Positions 54,584 through 64,000 of a DNA stretch of 64,000 nt are shown here, one piece after another. The DNA comes from an uncultured Chitinophagaceae bacterium (lineage in GTDB: Bacteria; Bacteroidota; Bacteroidia; Chitinophagales; Chitinophagaceae), in contig CAITVK010000050.1 of the NCBI GenBank assembly GCA_903895845.1, positions 4,171 to 68,170 on the forward strand, written 5' to 3'. The notes under the pieces were generated by a model. That model searched no databases and was not told the DNA's origin. It was given only the letters and a program-made list of their open reading frames with translations. Position 1 is the stretch's first letter. Each line of letters starts with the position of its first letter. Position numbers and translations under genes: made by a program.

Positions 54584-57256
54584 ATGACAACAACGATTAC
54601 AAAAAATGCTATTATGAGAATAGCAAAGATTACCATTGCTGTGATGGCAATGTGGCTGATGCCTAAAGTGGGTTCGTCGCAAACCACTTTTTATTATTAC
54701 GATGGCAAGGGCGCTCCAGATGCTGTTACTAGTTGGGGCACTAATCCAGATGGTACTGGTACAAATCCTGCAAACTTTACAACCGCAGGTTGCAACTTCT
54801 ATTTTACGGGCAATAATGGGTCTACAAAAGTTGCTCTCCCAACTACTTTCTCTGTTACCGGCGCAAAGGCTGGTACATTGCCTGCTAGTAAAGTAGTGGA
54901 TTCTTTGGGTGTAAACCTGATTGTACCCTTTGGTGGGTTGGCAGCAGCAACTACTATCGGTGTGAGCGATTTGTCATGGTTAACTCTACAAGATACCTTA
55001 AACGTAAAATTGGGAACGTTGAAGCCAACAAGTACAGTTGCTTATGATGGAAAGGCTACACTAAACATATTGGCGGGCACTTATGGAAATCTGATTAGTA
55101 CCAATGATTCTTTGGCAACAAGGGTAATTCCTAAAAGAACAATAACAATTGTTGGCAATTTCGATCCAGGCATGGCTTCTTTTGCTGATACATTAAGTAC
55201 CATTACTTACAAGGGTACAACGCCACAGCACATCGTTCCAATGAGTTATTATAGTCTTACTATCACCAATACTTCAAATGCATATATAGATAGTGGCGAT
55301 GTAGTAACAATATCTGGAGGTAAATTAACGGTGAGTGCAAAAGACACTATGAATATTATGAATGGTGGTACATTGGTTTATGCTTCTAAAACAGCACCCA
55401 CACTTACTGGTATTTTCAATGTGTCAGGTACTATACAAGTACTGGCAAACTTAGCAGCAATACCTGGTAGTGCAACCACTACTTATGATACTACTGCTAA
55501 TGTAATTATTGGTGACGGTTCAAACAGTGTAACTGCATTGCCTAAATTGGCAACTACATTTCAACCGAATAATGTTACCATCAATGCACCTGCCCTTGCT
55601 ACAGTAAAAGCTGGAAGCATTGTAGGTACAAAAAAAGGAGCTTATACAATTGGTAATGACTTAATTATTTTGGCTGGTAATGTTAATGGAAGTAATGGTG
55701 CTGGTAATACCAGCCTAACTATTGGTGGAGATTTAGATATATATGGTGGTTCTTTTACTATCAGTGATTCCACTAAAACTTTTGATACCTTATATACACA
55801 AGGGGTATTGAATTTGAATAATACGGGAGCTTTTTACCTCTCCAACAATTCTACAGATACTATCCTTAAGGGTACGGGTTCTTTGTATGCCTCTACAGAC
55901 ATCATTGATTCTGCTAGTGTAAAATCTTTTGGTACTGCAGATGGTACTACAGTTGGTGGTAATGTTTATTTTGTTGCTACGGATACTGCTGGTCAGGTAT
56001 TTCAGGTTCCGGATTTAAATAACAATACCGTTGGCCCAATTACTTTGCATGCAGCTGGTGGAAATGAAGTAGAAATATTTTCGGATATAACCTTAAACAC
56101 ACCATTGTATTGCGATACTGGTTCTTATACTGTAGATGCTGGTTATCACATGACTTTAAACAAGGGATGGGGCAATTATTCGGGTCACAGTTTTGTTATC
56201 ACCGATGCTTTAGTGGGTAGTGAGGGACAAGGGTTATTACAAGTTAATAACATTCCAAAGAATGCATGGTACACTATTCCATTAGGGTACGATAGTATTC
56301 ATGCTTTTTCGCCAATGGCTGTCAAATCTGCTGATGATAATATTTCAGTGACTGTTACCAATTATGAGATGCTTAGTTCTGATGGAAGTGTTACAGGTAA
56401 TTTTGTATTTGATTCAACAGAAATATTAAACGTAGTACAGAGTACCTGGAATTTTACAAGAAATGATGCGGGTACAAGCCCTATTTTCTTTAAAATTGGC
56501 TGGTATGATTCAGTTGCCAACGGTGGTGTAAATGCAGATACTGTAAGTAGTGATTTTACTGTTTATGCAAACATCAATGGAGCAGGATACTTTTCTGAAT
56601 ACCCAACTTTAAGTGTTGATCGTAAAGCAGATTCTGTTGTAATTGAGTTACCTGGCACTTTCAAGACTGGCTACTTTATGATTGGTAAGAAAGGAATTGC
56701 ACTTCTTCCACTTCATTTTACAAGTGTTCAGGCAAGCTTGAAAAATCAGATTGCTACCATAAGCTGGCAAACTACAAGCGAACAAAATATGAAGAGCTAC
56801 ACAGTAGAAAGATCTCTGGATGGTGCCAACTTCAACGCTGTAGGTGCTATTACTGCAAAAAATAAGAGTGCCAATAGCTACACCTTCACGGATGCAACAA
56901 TTTCTGAGGGTGTAAATTACTACCGTATCAAAGCAGTTGATAATACGGGTAAAATAAACTACAGCAGCATTGTTAAGGTTACTAATGTGATGAGTGCTTC
57001 TAAGTCCATCAACATTTATCCTAACCCTGTTATCAACAAGACATTAAATGTTGAGTTGAGCAATCAATCTGCAGGAATCTACTCTGTAAAAGTAATTAGT
57101 GCAGGTGGTCAGGTTTTGGCTAGCAAACAAATCAATCATTTAGGTGGCAACAGTGTCAACTCAATTGACCTGAGTGCAGCAACTGCAAAAGGACTTTGCT
57201 TTGTAAGCATCACTTCAAAAGATGGTCAGACAACAAAAACTGTTATAATTAAGTAA
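54584..57256 (+). CDS. Large secreted T/S/G/N-rich protein with a T9SS C-terminal sorting domain (adhesin-like)
   Basis: 890-aa ORF with an N-terminal signal and a low-complexity beta-rich body. The C-terminal ...IYPNPVINKTLNV...GLCFVSITSKDGQTTKTVIIK is a T9SS CTD pattern. Confidence 0.75.
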   Translation: MTTTITKNAIMRIAKITIAVMAMWLMPKVGSSQTTFYYYDGKGAPDAVTSWGTNPDGTGTNPANFTTAGCNFYFTGNNGSTKVALPTTFSVTGAKAGTLPASKVVDSLGVNLIVPFGGLAAATTIGVSDLSWLTLQDTLNVKLGTLKPTSTVAYDGKATLNILAGTYGNLISTNDSLATRVIPKRTITIVGNFDPGMASFADTLSTITYKGTTPQHIVPMSYYSLTITNTSNAYIDSGDVVTISGGKLTVSAKDTMNIMNGGTLVYASKTAPTLTGIFNVSGTIQVLANLAAIPGSATTTYDTTANVIIGDGSNSVTALPKLATTFQPNNVTINAPALATVKAGSIVGTKKGAYTIGNDLIILAGNVNGSNGAGNTSLTIGGDLDIYGGSFTISDSTKTFDTLYTQGVLNLNNTGAFYLSNNSTDTILKGTGSLYASTDIIDSASVKSFGTADGTTVGGNVYFVATDTAGQVFQVPDLNNNTVGPITLHAAGGNEVEIFSDITLNTPLYCDTGSYTVDAGYHMTLNKGWGNYSGHSFVITDALVGSEGQGLLQVNNIPKNAWYTIPLGYDSIHAFSPMAVKSADDNISVTVTNYEMLSSDGSVTGNFVFDSTEILNVVQSTWNFTRNDAGTSPIFFKIGWYDSVANGGVNADTVSSDFTVYANINGAGYFSEYPTLSVDRKADSVVIELPGTFKTGYFMIGKKGIALLPLHFTSVQASLKNQIATISWQTTSEQNMKSYTVERSLDGANFNAVGAITAKNKSANSYTFTDATISEGVNYYRIKAVDNTGKINYSSIVKVTNVMSASKSINIYPNPVINKTLNVELSNQSAGIYSVKVISAGGQVLASKQINHLGGNSVNSIDLSAATAKGLCFVSITSKDGQTTKTVIIK

Positions 57257-57281
57257 GCTTAAATCTCATAAATCTAAGAAC

Positions 57282-57320
57282 AAGCGGATGTGCCAGTTGG
57301 TGCATCCGCTTTTGTTTTTA
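57282..57320 (+). terminator. Rho-independent terminator
   Basis: aagcggatg ... catccgctt followed by ttgttttta. Confidence 0.7.
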
Positions 57321-57400
57321 TTATCCCTATTTTTGACGCAACCAGATTGGGTACTGATTTACAGTGAACCTACTTTCTCAAAGCCTGTTAAGTAAATAAT

Positions 57401-58198
57401 ATGAGCAACGAAGCAAAATATAATGTAGCTACTAATATTGCCTTGGGCGATGAAGGATTTAAGATAATCCCTTTGTCGGAAGGCTCCTTTACGATTGATA
57501 AAACGAAGATTTTTGTCCCCTTCAATCATGCTGAGGACGATTTATACCAACGCCCTATTGGTAGTTTGTTGGTAGAGGTACAACCCTTTTGTATTGTTAC
57601 TGAAAAAGACATTATACTGATTGATGCTGGACTTGGTTTTAGCAATAATAGCAATCAATTGCAGATACACACTAATTTGATTAGTAACGGCATTAACCCT
57701 AGCGATATAACCAAGGTGTTGATGAGTCACTTACACAAAGACCATGCAGGTGGAATAAGTAAGAGAGACAATTTTGGCAACTATCACTTAGCATTTACCA
57801 ATGCTGTCTATTATGTTCAGAAGAAGGAATTTGCTTTTGCAATGGAAACGGGATACCCTTCTTTTATGAGTGAAGAAATAGGTGTTCTGGAAAATAACCC
57901 GCAAGTACAATGGCTTGATGGCGATGGAACGATTGATGGATTTATAAAGTACGAAGTAACTGGAGGACATAGCCCTTATCATCAGGTATTGTGGTTAACT
58001 ATCGATGGACGGACTTTATTCTTTGGTGCTGACGATGCCCCTCAATTGCAACAGATGAAGAGTAAGTTTGTGGCTAAATATGATTTTGATGGAAAGAAGT
58101 GTATGGAACTTCGCCAGAAATGGTGGGAAGAAGGAAAAGAAGGCAACTGGACTTTTCTCTTTTACCATGACATCAAGACACCTGTGTACGCATTCTAA
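57401..58198 (+). CDS. MBL-fold metallo-hydrolase
   Basis: 265-aa ORF with the HLHKDHAGG (HxHxDH) motif. Confidence 0.8.
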   Translation: MSNEAKYNVATNIALGDEGFKIIPLSEGSFTIDKTKIFVPFNHAEDDLYQRPIGSLLVEVQPFCIVTEKDIILIDAGLGFSNNSNQLQIHTNLISNGINPSDITKVLMSHLHKDHAGGISKRDNFGNYHLAFTNAVYYVQKKEFAFAMETGYPSFMSEEIGVLENNPQVQWLDGDGTIDGFIKYEVTGGHSPYHQVLWLTIDGRTLFFGADDAPQLQQMKSKFVAKYDFDGKKCMELRQKWWEEGKEGNWTFLFYHDIKTPVYAF

Positions 58199-58204
58199 TA
58201 CTAT

Positions 58205-58252
58205 AAAAAAAGGAAGGTTGACTGAATTGTCTCAGCCAACCTTCCTTTTTTA
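58205..58252. terminator. Bidirectional terminator between the MBL gene and iscA
   Basis: aaaaaaggaaggttg...caaccttcctttttt, a stem flanked by an A-run and a T-run. Confidence 0.7.
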
Positions 58253-58268
58253 AATTCTTTGTTTTATA

Positions 58269-58619
58269 CTAAACAGCGAAACTATCTCCACAGCCACAGC
58301 TTCTGCTTGCATTTGGATTATTGAAATGAAAGCCTTTGCCGTTCAAACCATCACTAAAATCAAGCTCTGTGTTAACAAGATACAAAAAGCTCTTTAAGTC
58401 GGTTACTACCTTCACCCCATTGTCTTCAAAAACCTGATCCATCGGTTTTGTTTCATTGTCAAAATCCAACTTGTAGCTCAATCCACTACAACCGCCACCT
58501 ACAACACCCACACGTAAGAAATAGCTAGGGTCGCCGGCAATTCCAGCATCTTCCATCAGTTTCACAACTTTGGTTTTAGCTTTGTCGCTTACATAAATTG
58601 CATTATCTGTTGCCACCAT
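58269..58619 (-). CDS. iscA: Fe-S cluster insertion protein (IscA/ErpA, HesB family)
   Basis: 116-aa ORF with GGGCSGLSY and a C-terminal CGCGDSF. Confidence 0.85.
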   Translation of the reverse strand: MVATDNAIYVSDKAKTKVVKLMEDAGIAGDPSYFLRVGVVGGGCSGLSYKLDFDNETKPMDQVFEDNGVKVVTDLKSFLYLVNTELDFSDGLNGKGFHFNNPNASRSCGCGDSFAV

Positions 58620-58629
58620 ATTTATTCTA

Positions 58630-58650
58630 TTTTAAGTTTTAAGTTTTAAA
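58630..58650. repeat. 3 x TTTTAAG/A tandem heptamers
   Basis: ttttaag|ttttaag|ttttaaa. The run begins 11 nt upstream of the iscA ATG (58619) in the iscU-iscA spacer. Confidence 0.6.
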
Positions 58651-58686
58651 TTCTGAATTAATTCAAGATTTAAAACTTAAATAATA

Positions 58687-59106
58687 CTAGTGTACGCCTT
58701 TCTCTTCAAAAACCAATTCTTCCAAACCATTCTTCACTCTGTAGTCATTAATTGCAGCCTTGATAGCATCTTCTGCCAAAACTGAACAGTGAATTTTTAC
58801 AGGTGGAAGATTTAATTCTTCTACTAGATCCATGTTGTCAATAGCCATTGCTTGGTCAACAGTTTTACCTTTCAACCACTCTGTAGCCAATGAAGAAGAA
58901 GCGATTGCAGAACCGCAACCAAAGGTTTTAAACTTTGCATCTGTGATAACACCTGTGGCGTCATCAACCTGAATTTGAAGGCGCATTACATCGCCACATT
59001 CTGGAGCACCTACCAATCCTGTGCCCACACTTTTACTTCCTTTATCGAGTGTACCCACATTTTTTGGGTTACTGTAATGATCGATTACTTTTTCTGAGTA
59101 TGCCAT
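58687..59106 (-). CDS. iscU: Fe-S cluster assembly scaffold IscU
   Basis: 139-aa ORF with GAPECGDVM, FKTFGCGSAIASSS and IHCSVLAEDA. Confidence 0.9.
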   Translation of the reverse strand: MAYSEKVIDHYSNPKNVGTLDKGSKSVGTGLVGAPECGDVMRLQIQVDDATGVITDAKFKTFGCGSAIASSSLATEWLKGKTVDQAMAIDNMDLVEELNLPPVKIHCSVLAEDAIKAAINDYRVKNGLEELVFEEKGVH

Positions 59107-59178
59107 GATATTTTATTAATTTGTTATTATTCTAAAATGATTTTCTTACGAATGACTTAATACTGATAACCTACAACT

Positions 59179-60396
59179 CTAGTGGTGCGCCCACTCAATA
59201 CTATTCAAATCAATGCCTTCCTTGTACATTTCCCAAAGAGGACTCATGTCTCTTAATTTGTGTACTGTGTTACTAATTTGCTCAATGGTATAATCAATCT
59301 GCTCTTCTGTAGTAAAACGTCCCAAACCAAAACGCAATGAACTGTGTGCAAGATCATCACCCAAACCTAATGCCTTCAAAACATAGCTAGGTTCCAGAGA
59401 AGCAGATGTACAAGCAGAACCTGAACTCAAAGCTATATTCTTGTTAAAGCCCATAAGTAACCCTTCTCCTTCTACATGTTTGAAAGAAATATTGGCTACG
59501 TGGGGCAGGCGATGTTCGCGGTTGCCATTCACATAAGATTCTTCTATTTGTAACAAAGCATTTTCAAGCTTATCTCTCAACTTGCTCAATCTTGCTGCAT
59601 CATCTGCCATCTCCAAACGAGCTAATTCGCATGCTTTACCAAAACCAACAATACCAGGAACATTCAAAGTGCCACTACGCATTCCTCTTTCGTGGCCACC
59701 GCCATCCATTTGTGCAGTAACTTTCACACGTGGATTTTTACGACGAACATACAAGGCACCTATTCCTTTAGGACCATACATTTTGTGTGCAGTAAAAGCC
59801 ATCAGGTCAATACCATCCTTAAGTACATCTACCGGAATTTTTCCAACTGCTTGCACAGCATCTGTAAAGAAAAGAACACCATGTTTCTTAGCGATAGTGC
59901 TTATTTCTTTAACTGGCTGAACAACACCTATTTCATTATTGGCATACATAATAGCTACCAATATAGTTGTTGGTCTGATTGCAGCTTCTAGTTCCGCTAA
60001 ATCTATTAAGCCATCTTCTTTAACTTGCAAGTAGGTAACTTCGCCACCCAATTTTTCAATGTGCTTGCAGGTATCTAACACTGCTTTATGTTCTGTAGTT
60101 GCAGTGATGATGTGATTCCCCTTGCTCGCATACATTTCATACACCCCCTTAATTGCTAGGTTGTCTCCCTCGGTAGCACCACTCGTAAAGATTATTTCTT
60201 TTGGGTCAGCACCAACCAATTTTGCCACTTGTTCTCTCGCATAGTCTACTGCTTCTTCTGCTTCCCAGCCAAAGGGGTGGTTACGGCTTGCTGCGTTTCC
60301 AAAGTGTTCTGTAAAATAAGGAATCATCGTCTCTAAAACCCTTGGATCCATCGGGGTTGTAGCATTGTTATCTAAGTAAATAGGAAACTTCAACAT
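59179..60396 (-). CDS. iscS: Cysteine desulfurase IscS
   Basis: 405-aa ORF with the PLP lysine context ([13 protein letters not shown]) and the active-site loop [17 protein letters not shown]. Confidence 0.95.
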   Translation of the reverse strand: MLKFPIYLDNNATTPMDPRVLETMIPYFTEHFGNAASRNHPFGWEAEEAVDYAREQVAKLVGADPKEIIFTSGATEGDNLAIKGVYEMYASKGNHIITATTEHKAVLDTCKHIEKLGGEVTYLQVKEDGLIDLAELEAAIRPTTILVAIMYANNEIGVVQPVKEISTIAKKHGVLFFTDAVQAVGKIPVDVLKDGIDLMAFTAHKMYGPKGIGALYVRRKNPRVKVTAQMDGGGHERGMRSGTLNVPGIVGFGKACELARLEMADDAARLSKLRDKLENALLQIEESYVNGNREHRLPHVANISFKHVEGEGLLMGFNKNIALSSGSACTSASLEPSYVLKALGLGDDLAHSSLRFGLGRFTTEEQIDYTIEQISNTVHKLRDMSPLWEMYKEGIDLNSIEWAHH

Positions 60397-60592
60397 TATC
60401 TTTTTGCTTTATTTAATGATTTAAACACAAACTTAGTGCAAAGGGTTTCAGATTTTAAAAAACAACCCGTTTCAGGAGGCTAATTTTTCATATATCGTAA
60501 TCCTGTCCGACAAAAAGTCAGAACAGACCACTTAGACCACAGAAAACATAAATGTCGAATCTAGATTGGGGTCAATACGCCAGATGCTGCTT

Positions 60593-61378
60593 TTAGGACT
60601 CCTTCTGTCGGTTAAATACAGGCTTTCTTTTTTCAAGAAAAGCTCGTATTCCTTCTTTCGAGTCATCAGTACTGAAGCACTTTCCAAAAGAATTTCGCTC
60701 TGCTTCAAAACCATCTTTTGAATAGTCCAAAGAGGCATTCACCGCATGGATTGCTTCTTTTACTGCCAACGATGATTTTGTATTAATGATTTTCAGAACC
60801 TCTTTTGCTTTATCCAGCAGGCTGTCCGACGAAACCACGTAATTCAATAGGCCGTATTGCAAAGCAGTAGCAGCATCAATCATATTCCCAGTCAGAATCA
60901 ACTCCAACGCCCTCCCCTTGCCTATCAGCTGTGTCAGCCTTTGAGTTCCACCATACCCGGGAATCAAACCCAGATTTATTTCTGGCTGGCCAAATTTTGC
61001 ATCAGCTGAGGCAATCCTGAAATGACAACTCATGGCCAATTCGCAACCTCCTCCCAATGCAAAGCCGTTTACACAAGCTATAATTGGTTTGGGCGCGTTT
61101 TCAATCCTCAAAAAAGTGTCTTGTCCAAATTGCGCAATAGCTATCCCTTCTTCAGTACTAAGTCCAACAAATTCCGCTATATCCGCACCTGCCACAAAAG
61201 CTTTTGTACCACTTCCAGTGATAATCACAGATTGAATTGCAGAATTGTTTACAATCTCGTCTAATACTAAATTCAATTCAACAAAGACTTCTTTGTTGAG
61301 TGCATTCAGCTTGTCGGGGCGATTGATAGTAACAACCAAAATCCCATCTGTCAGTTCGGTGAGTAGTGTGTTGTACAT
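60593..61378 (-). CDS. Enoyl-CoA hydratase/isomerase (crotonase) family protein
   Basis: 261-aa ORF with FVAGADI and GFALGGGCELAMSCHFRIA motifs. Confidence 0.85.
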   Translation of the reverse strand: MYNTLLTELTDGILVVTINRPDKLNALNKEVFVELNLVLDEIVNNSAIQSVIITGSGTKAFVAGADIAEFVGLSTEEGIAIAQFGQDTFLRIENAPKPIIACVNGFALGGGCELAMSCHFRIASADAKFGQPEINLGLIPGYGGTQRLTQLIGKGRALELILTGNMIDAATALQYGLLNYVVSSDSLLDKAKEVLKIINTKSSLAVKEAIHAVNASLDYSKDGFEAERNSFGKCFSTDDSKEGIRAFLEKRKPVFNRQKES

Positions 61379-61508
61379 AGAAGAAATATTTGTGACAAGT
61401 TGCTGATTTTATGTTTCAAGTAACCTGTATTTGGCCGCTCCTTCAAAAGCAAAAGAGAGACAACCACTTTGTGCTGCCTCTCTTTTCTATTAAAAAGGTT
61501 TATTCTGC

Positions 61509-61730
61509 CTAGTATTCGTCTTCATTAAACATGAAGTCTTCCTGACTCGGATAGTCTGGCCAGATGTCTTCTATACTTTCATAGATTTCGCCCTCATCCT
61601 CCAACTCTTGCAGGTTTTCAATTACCTCCAATGGAGCACCACTTCTGATGGAGTAGTCAATCAATTCATCTCTTGTAGCTGGCCAAGGAGCTTCTTCTAA
61701 ATAACTGGCTAATTCTAAGGTCCAAAACAT
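61509..61730 (-). CDS. DUF2795-like small acidic protein
   Basis: 73-aa ORF. WPATRDELIDYSIRSGAPLEVIENLQEL fits the DUF2795 pattern. Confidence 0.65.
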   Translation of the reverse strand: MFWTLELASYLEEAPWPATRDELIDYSIRSGAPLEVIENLQELEDEGEIYESIEDIWPDYPSQEDFMFNEDEY

Positions 61731-62018
61731 AGCTGTAAAATTTGCGCAAATGTAAATGTATAAATCAAATAACCAAACTTAGTTTTCTTAGCATAAAGAT
61801 CAATCCCTTAAAAACGATTTCATTACCAAATACCCTCAATTTCTAATGGTACTCTGAAAAGAAAAGGCAACACAGTTGACGTAATGTCTGGCACAGCATG
61901 TATTTATCCTAGCACGGATTGCAATTATTTGAACGCTGATAACGATTATTTCAAAAGGGCATTATTCAATCAAATTATTTTATGCATTATGTTTACCGCT
62001 TAACAGTAAGTTTGTAAA

Positions 62019-62669
62019 ATGTTACAGGCAAAAGATATTAAAAAGAATTATGGTCCTTTGGCAGTTTTGAAGGGGGTTGACTTAAATGTAGAAAAAGGAG
62101 AGATAGTATCTATCGTAGGAACTTCTGGTGCAGGAAAAAGTACCTTGCTACATATTCTTGGCTCATTAGATACCCCAGATTCTGGCACCATTTTCATCAA
62201 CAACGAACCTGTACACCAGCTGAAAGGAAGGAAATTGGCCAACTTCAGAAATAAAAATATAGGTTTCGTCTTTCAGTTCCATCACCTTTTACCAGAATTT
62301 AGTGCTATCGAAAATGTTTGTATCCCCGGTTGGATTGCGGGTGCTGCCAAGAAAAAAGTAAGGGATGAGGCGGCAAGGTTGTTGGATTTATTGGGCTTAA
62401 GTCAACGACTAGACAATAAACCCGATCAGTTGAGCGGTGGAGAACAGCAAAGAGTAGCAGTTGCTAGGGCACTCATAAATAGTCCAAGTATTGTATTTGC
62501 AGATGAACCAACTGGCAATCTGGATAGTACTAATGCTGAAGGACTACATCATTTGTTTGTGGAATTACGGGATACACTCCAACAAACTTTTCTAATTGTT
62601 ACCCACAATGAAGAACTTGCCGCAATGAGTGACAGGATTATTCACATGAAAGATGGTAGAATTGTTTGA
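62019..62669 (+). CDS. lolD: ABC transporter ATP-binding protein, LolD-like
   Basis: 216-aa ORF with Walker A GTSGAGKST, the LSGGEQQRVAVARAL signature and Walker B IVFADEPTG. Confidence 0.8.
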   Translation: MLQAKDIKKNYGPLAVLKGVDLNVEKGEIVSIVGTSGAGKSTLLHILGSLDTPDSGTIFINNEPVHQLKGRKLANFRNKNIGFVFQFHHLLPEFSAIENVCIPGWIAGAAKKKVRDEAARLLDLLGLSQRLDNKPDQLSGGEQQRVAVARALINSPSIVFADEPTGNLDSTNAEGLHHLFVELRDTLQQTFLIVTHNEELAAMSDRIIHMKDGRIV

Positions 62670-62726
62670 GAAATAAGCAGTGAGCGGCTATCAGTAGCAA
62701 GCAACTCACTGCATACCTACATAAAG

Positions 62727-64000
62727 TTAGTGCGTATCATTCAAAAACGCTTCTCTCTTCGCTTTTAATGAAGCTAGTTTTTCTTTGCTATAAGCTATCT
62801 TAGAAATCAATACAAACAATACTGGTACTACAAAGATGGCTAATAAGGTAGCAGCTAGCATGCCGCCAAATACCGTATATCCAATGGTGCTTCTGGCTAC
62901 TGCGCCTGCCCCTGTTGCAAATACCAATGGTAATACGCCGAGTATAAAGGCGAAGGAGGTCATTACAATTGGGCGTAACCGTAGCCTTATCGCATCCATC
63001 GTTGCAGGAATAATTTCTACGCCACTATCTACTCTTTCCTTGGCAAATTCCACAATCAGGATGGCGTTCTTTGCGGCTAGTCCAATTAAAGTCACCAATC
63101 CTATCTGTGCATACACATTGTTTGCCAACTTAGGGAGTAAAGTGAGGGTGAGGATGGCGCCGAAGGCGCCAATAGGTACCGCTAACAATACAGAAAATGG
63201 TACAGACCAGCTTTCGTACAACGCCGCAAGGAACAAGAATACAAATGCAATGGACAGGCTAAAGATGATAACGGTACTGTTTCCCGCATTCAATTCCTCC
63301 CTACTCAAACCAGAGAATTCATACCCATAACCTGTAGGCAACACCTTGGCAGCCACATCTTTCAACGCATCAAGCGCCTGTCCGCTACTGTAACCATCCT
63401 TGGCACTGCCATTTATTTCGGCACTTTTAAAGAGGTTATAATGAGAAATAAGCGGTGCATTCTCTATCAATCTATACGTAATCACCGTACCTAATGGAAC
63501 CATTGTGCCTTGTTGGTTACGTACATAATATTGATCCAGATTGTGGATGTCGCCCCTAAAAACACTATCTGCTTGTGCCACCACCCTAAAGTTTCTGCCA
63601 TAAACAGTGAAGTCATTCACGTATCGGCTTCCCAAAAAGGTTTGCAACGTATTATAGACATCACTAAGCGATAAACCCAACTTCTTACATTTATCCCTAT
63701 CCACATCCACCTGATAGCCCGGTGTTTTTGCGGTGAAGAAGCTGAATGCACGCCCAATCTCTGGACGTTTGTTGGCTTCCGCAATGAAGTTCTGTACTAC
63801 CTTTTCAAATTGCTTAATGTCATCAGTGCTTTCTTTTTGTTCCAATTCGAAAGTAAAACCACCGCTTTGCCCCAAGCCTGGAATGGCTGGAGGAGAAATA
63901 ACGATGATGTTAGCTCCCTTTATATTGGCTAGCTTCTTCTGAAGTGTAGCCATTATTCCTTCCAATTGCAACTCTTTAGACTTTCTTTCGTTCCAAGGTT
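62727..64000 (-). CDS. RND (AcrB/HAE1-type) efflux permease, C-terminal part; the N-terminus lies beyond the right edge
   Basis: The ORF track starts at TTG 63971, but the frame stays open to base 64000 (...PWNERKSKELQLEGI...). The C-terminal TM bundle and ...RLRPIVMTSFAFILGVLPL... are typical of RND pumps. Confidence 0.85.
   Translation of the reverse strand, partial: PWNERKSKELQLEGIMATLQKKLANIKGANIIVISPPAIPGLGQSGGFTFELEQKESTDDIKQFEKVVQNFIAEANKRPEIGRAFSFFTAKTPGYQVDVDRDKCKKLGLSLSDVYNTLQTFLGSRYVNDFTVYGRNFRVVAQADSVFRGDIHNLDQYYVRNQQGTMVPLGTVITYRLIENAPLISHYNLFKSAEINGSAKDGYSSGQALDALKDVAAKVLPTGYGYEFSGLSREELNAGNSTVIIFSLSIAFVFLFLAALYESWSVPFSVLLAVPIGAFGAILTLTLLPKLANNVYAQIGLVTLIGLAAKNAILIVEFAKERVDSGVEIIPATMDAIRLRLRPIVMTSFAFILGVLPLVFATGAGAVARSTIGYTVFGGMLAATLLAIFVVPVLFVLISKIAYSKEKLASLKAKREAFLNDTH

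Noticed and set aside
60532-60738. 68-aa minus-strand ORF overlapping the 3' end of the enoyl-CoA hydratase gene
   Set aside because: It overlaps the well-supported crotonase frame and has no features of its own.
61924-61991. Several ATTATT words upstream of lolD that resemble the array C core (gcattattcaatc versus ccattattcaagc)
   Set aside because: The spacings are 21, 16, 13 and 12 bp, so they are not phased. The A+T-rich hexamer is too common to call.
1-64000. tRNA, rRNA, tmRNA or riboswitch candidates in the larger intergenic gaps (2415-2973, 13589-13843, 16356-16709, 36450-36813, 49743-50065, 54327-54583)
   Set aside because: I could not recognise any cloverleaf, conserved rRNA block or known riboswitch core by inspection. 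A covariance-model scan (Infernal/Rfam, tRNAscan-SE) would be needed to exclude them formally.

Overview
This is a Bacteroidota-type chromosomal segment. The assignment rests on T9SS C-terminal sorting domains, a DUF4270/DUF4907/Kelch neighbourhood, TAnnTTTG-like -7 boxes and outer-membrane proteins ending in aromatic residues. The window is mostly housekeeping and holds about 55 protein genes; I saw no tRNA, rRNA, CRISPR array, transposase or integrase.

Recognisable modules:
- A shikimate cluster on the minus strand (DAHP synthase-chorismate mutase, aroB, aroA, aroC).
- A purine-catabolic trio (guanine deaminase, allantoinase, allantoicase).
- A same-strand uptake block (esterase, dctA, two porins, lamin-tail lipoprotein) followed by pckA.
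- A second pair of tandem porin paralogues, and two T9SS cargo proteins.
- The ISC Fe-S system, split into fdx-iscX and iscSUA.
- A small A+T-rich accessory islet at about 31.1-33.8 kb, carrying a PD-(D/E)xK-like nuclease, a Cys4 mini-protein, a DUF1640-like membrane protein and a DUF433/DUF5615 toxin-antitoxin pair.

The most unusual signal is non-coding. Six intergenic loci each carry 8-12 head-to-tail copies of a different repeat, and every array keeps an exact 21-bp register (two helical turns). Most units contain a short dyad, and each array lies roughly 80-470 bp upstream of a gene start. At a finer scale, short tandem heptamer runs (7 bp = 21/3) sit against or across several start codons.

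Other points of interest are an AroC-DUF952 fusion, an orphan LytTR regulator with a degenerate receiver domain about 380 bp from one array, a TTCGGAA/TTCCGAA motif cluster, and a relic of a Vat/CatB-type acetyltransferase gene.
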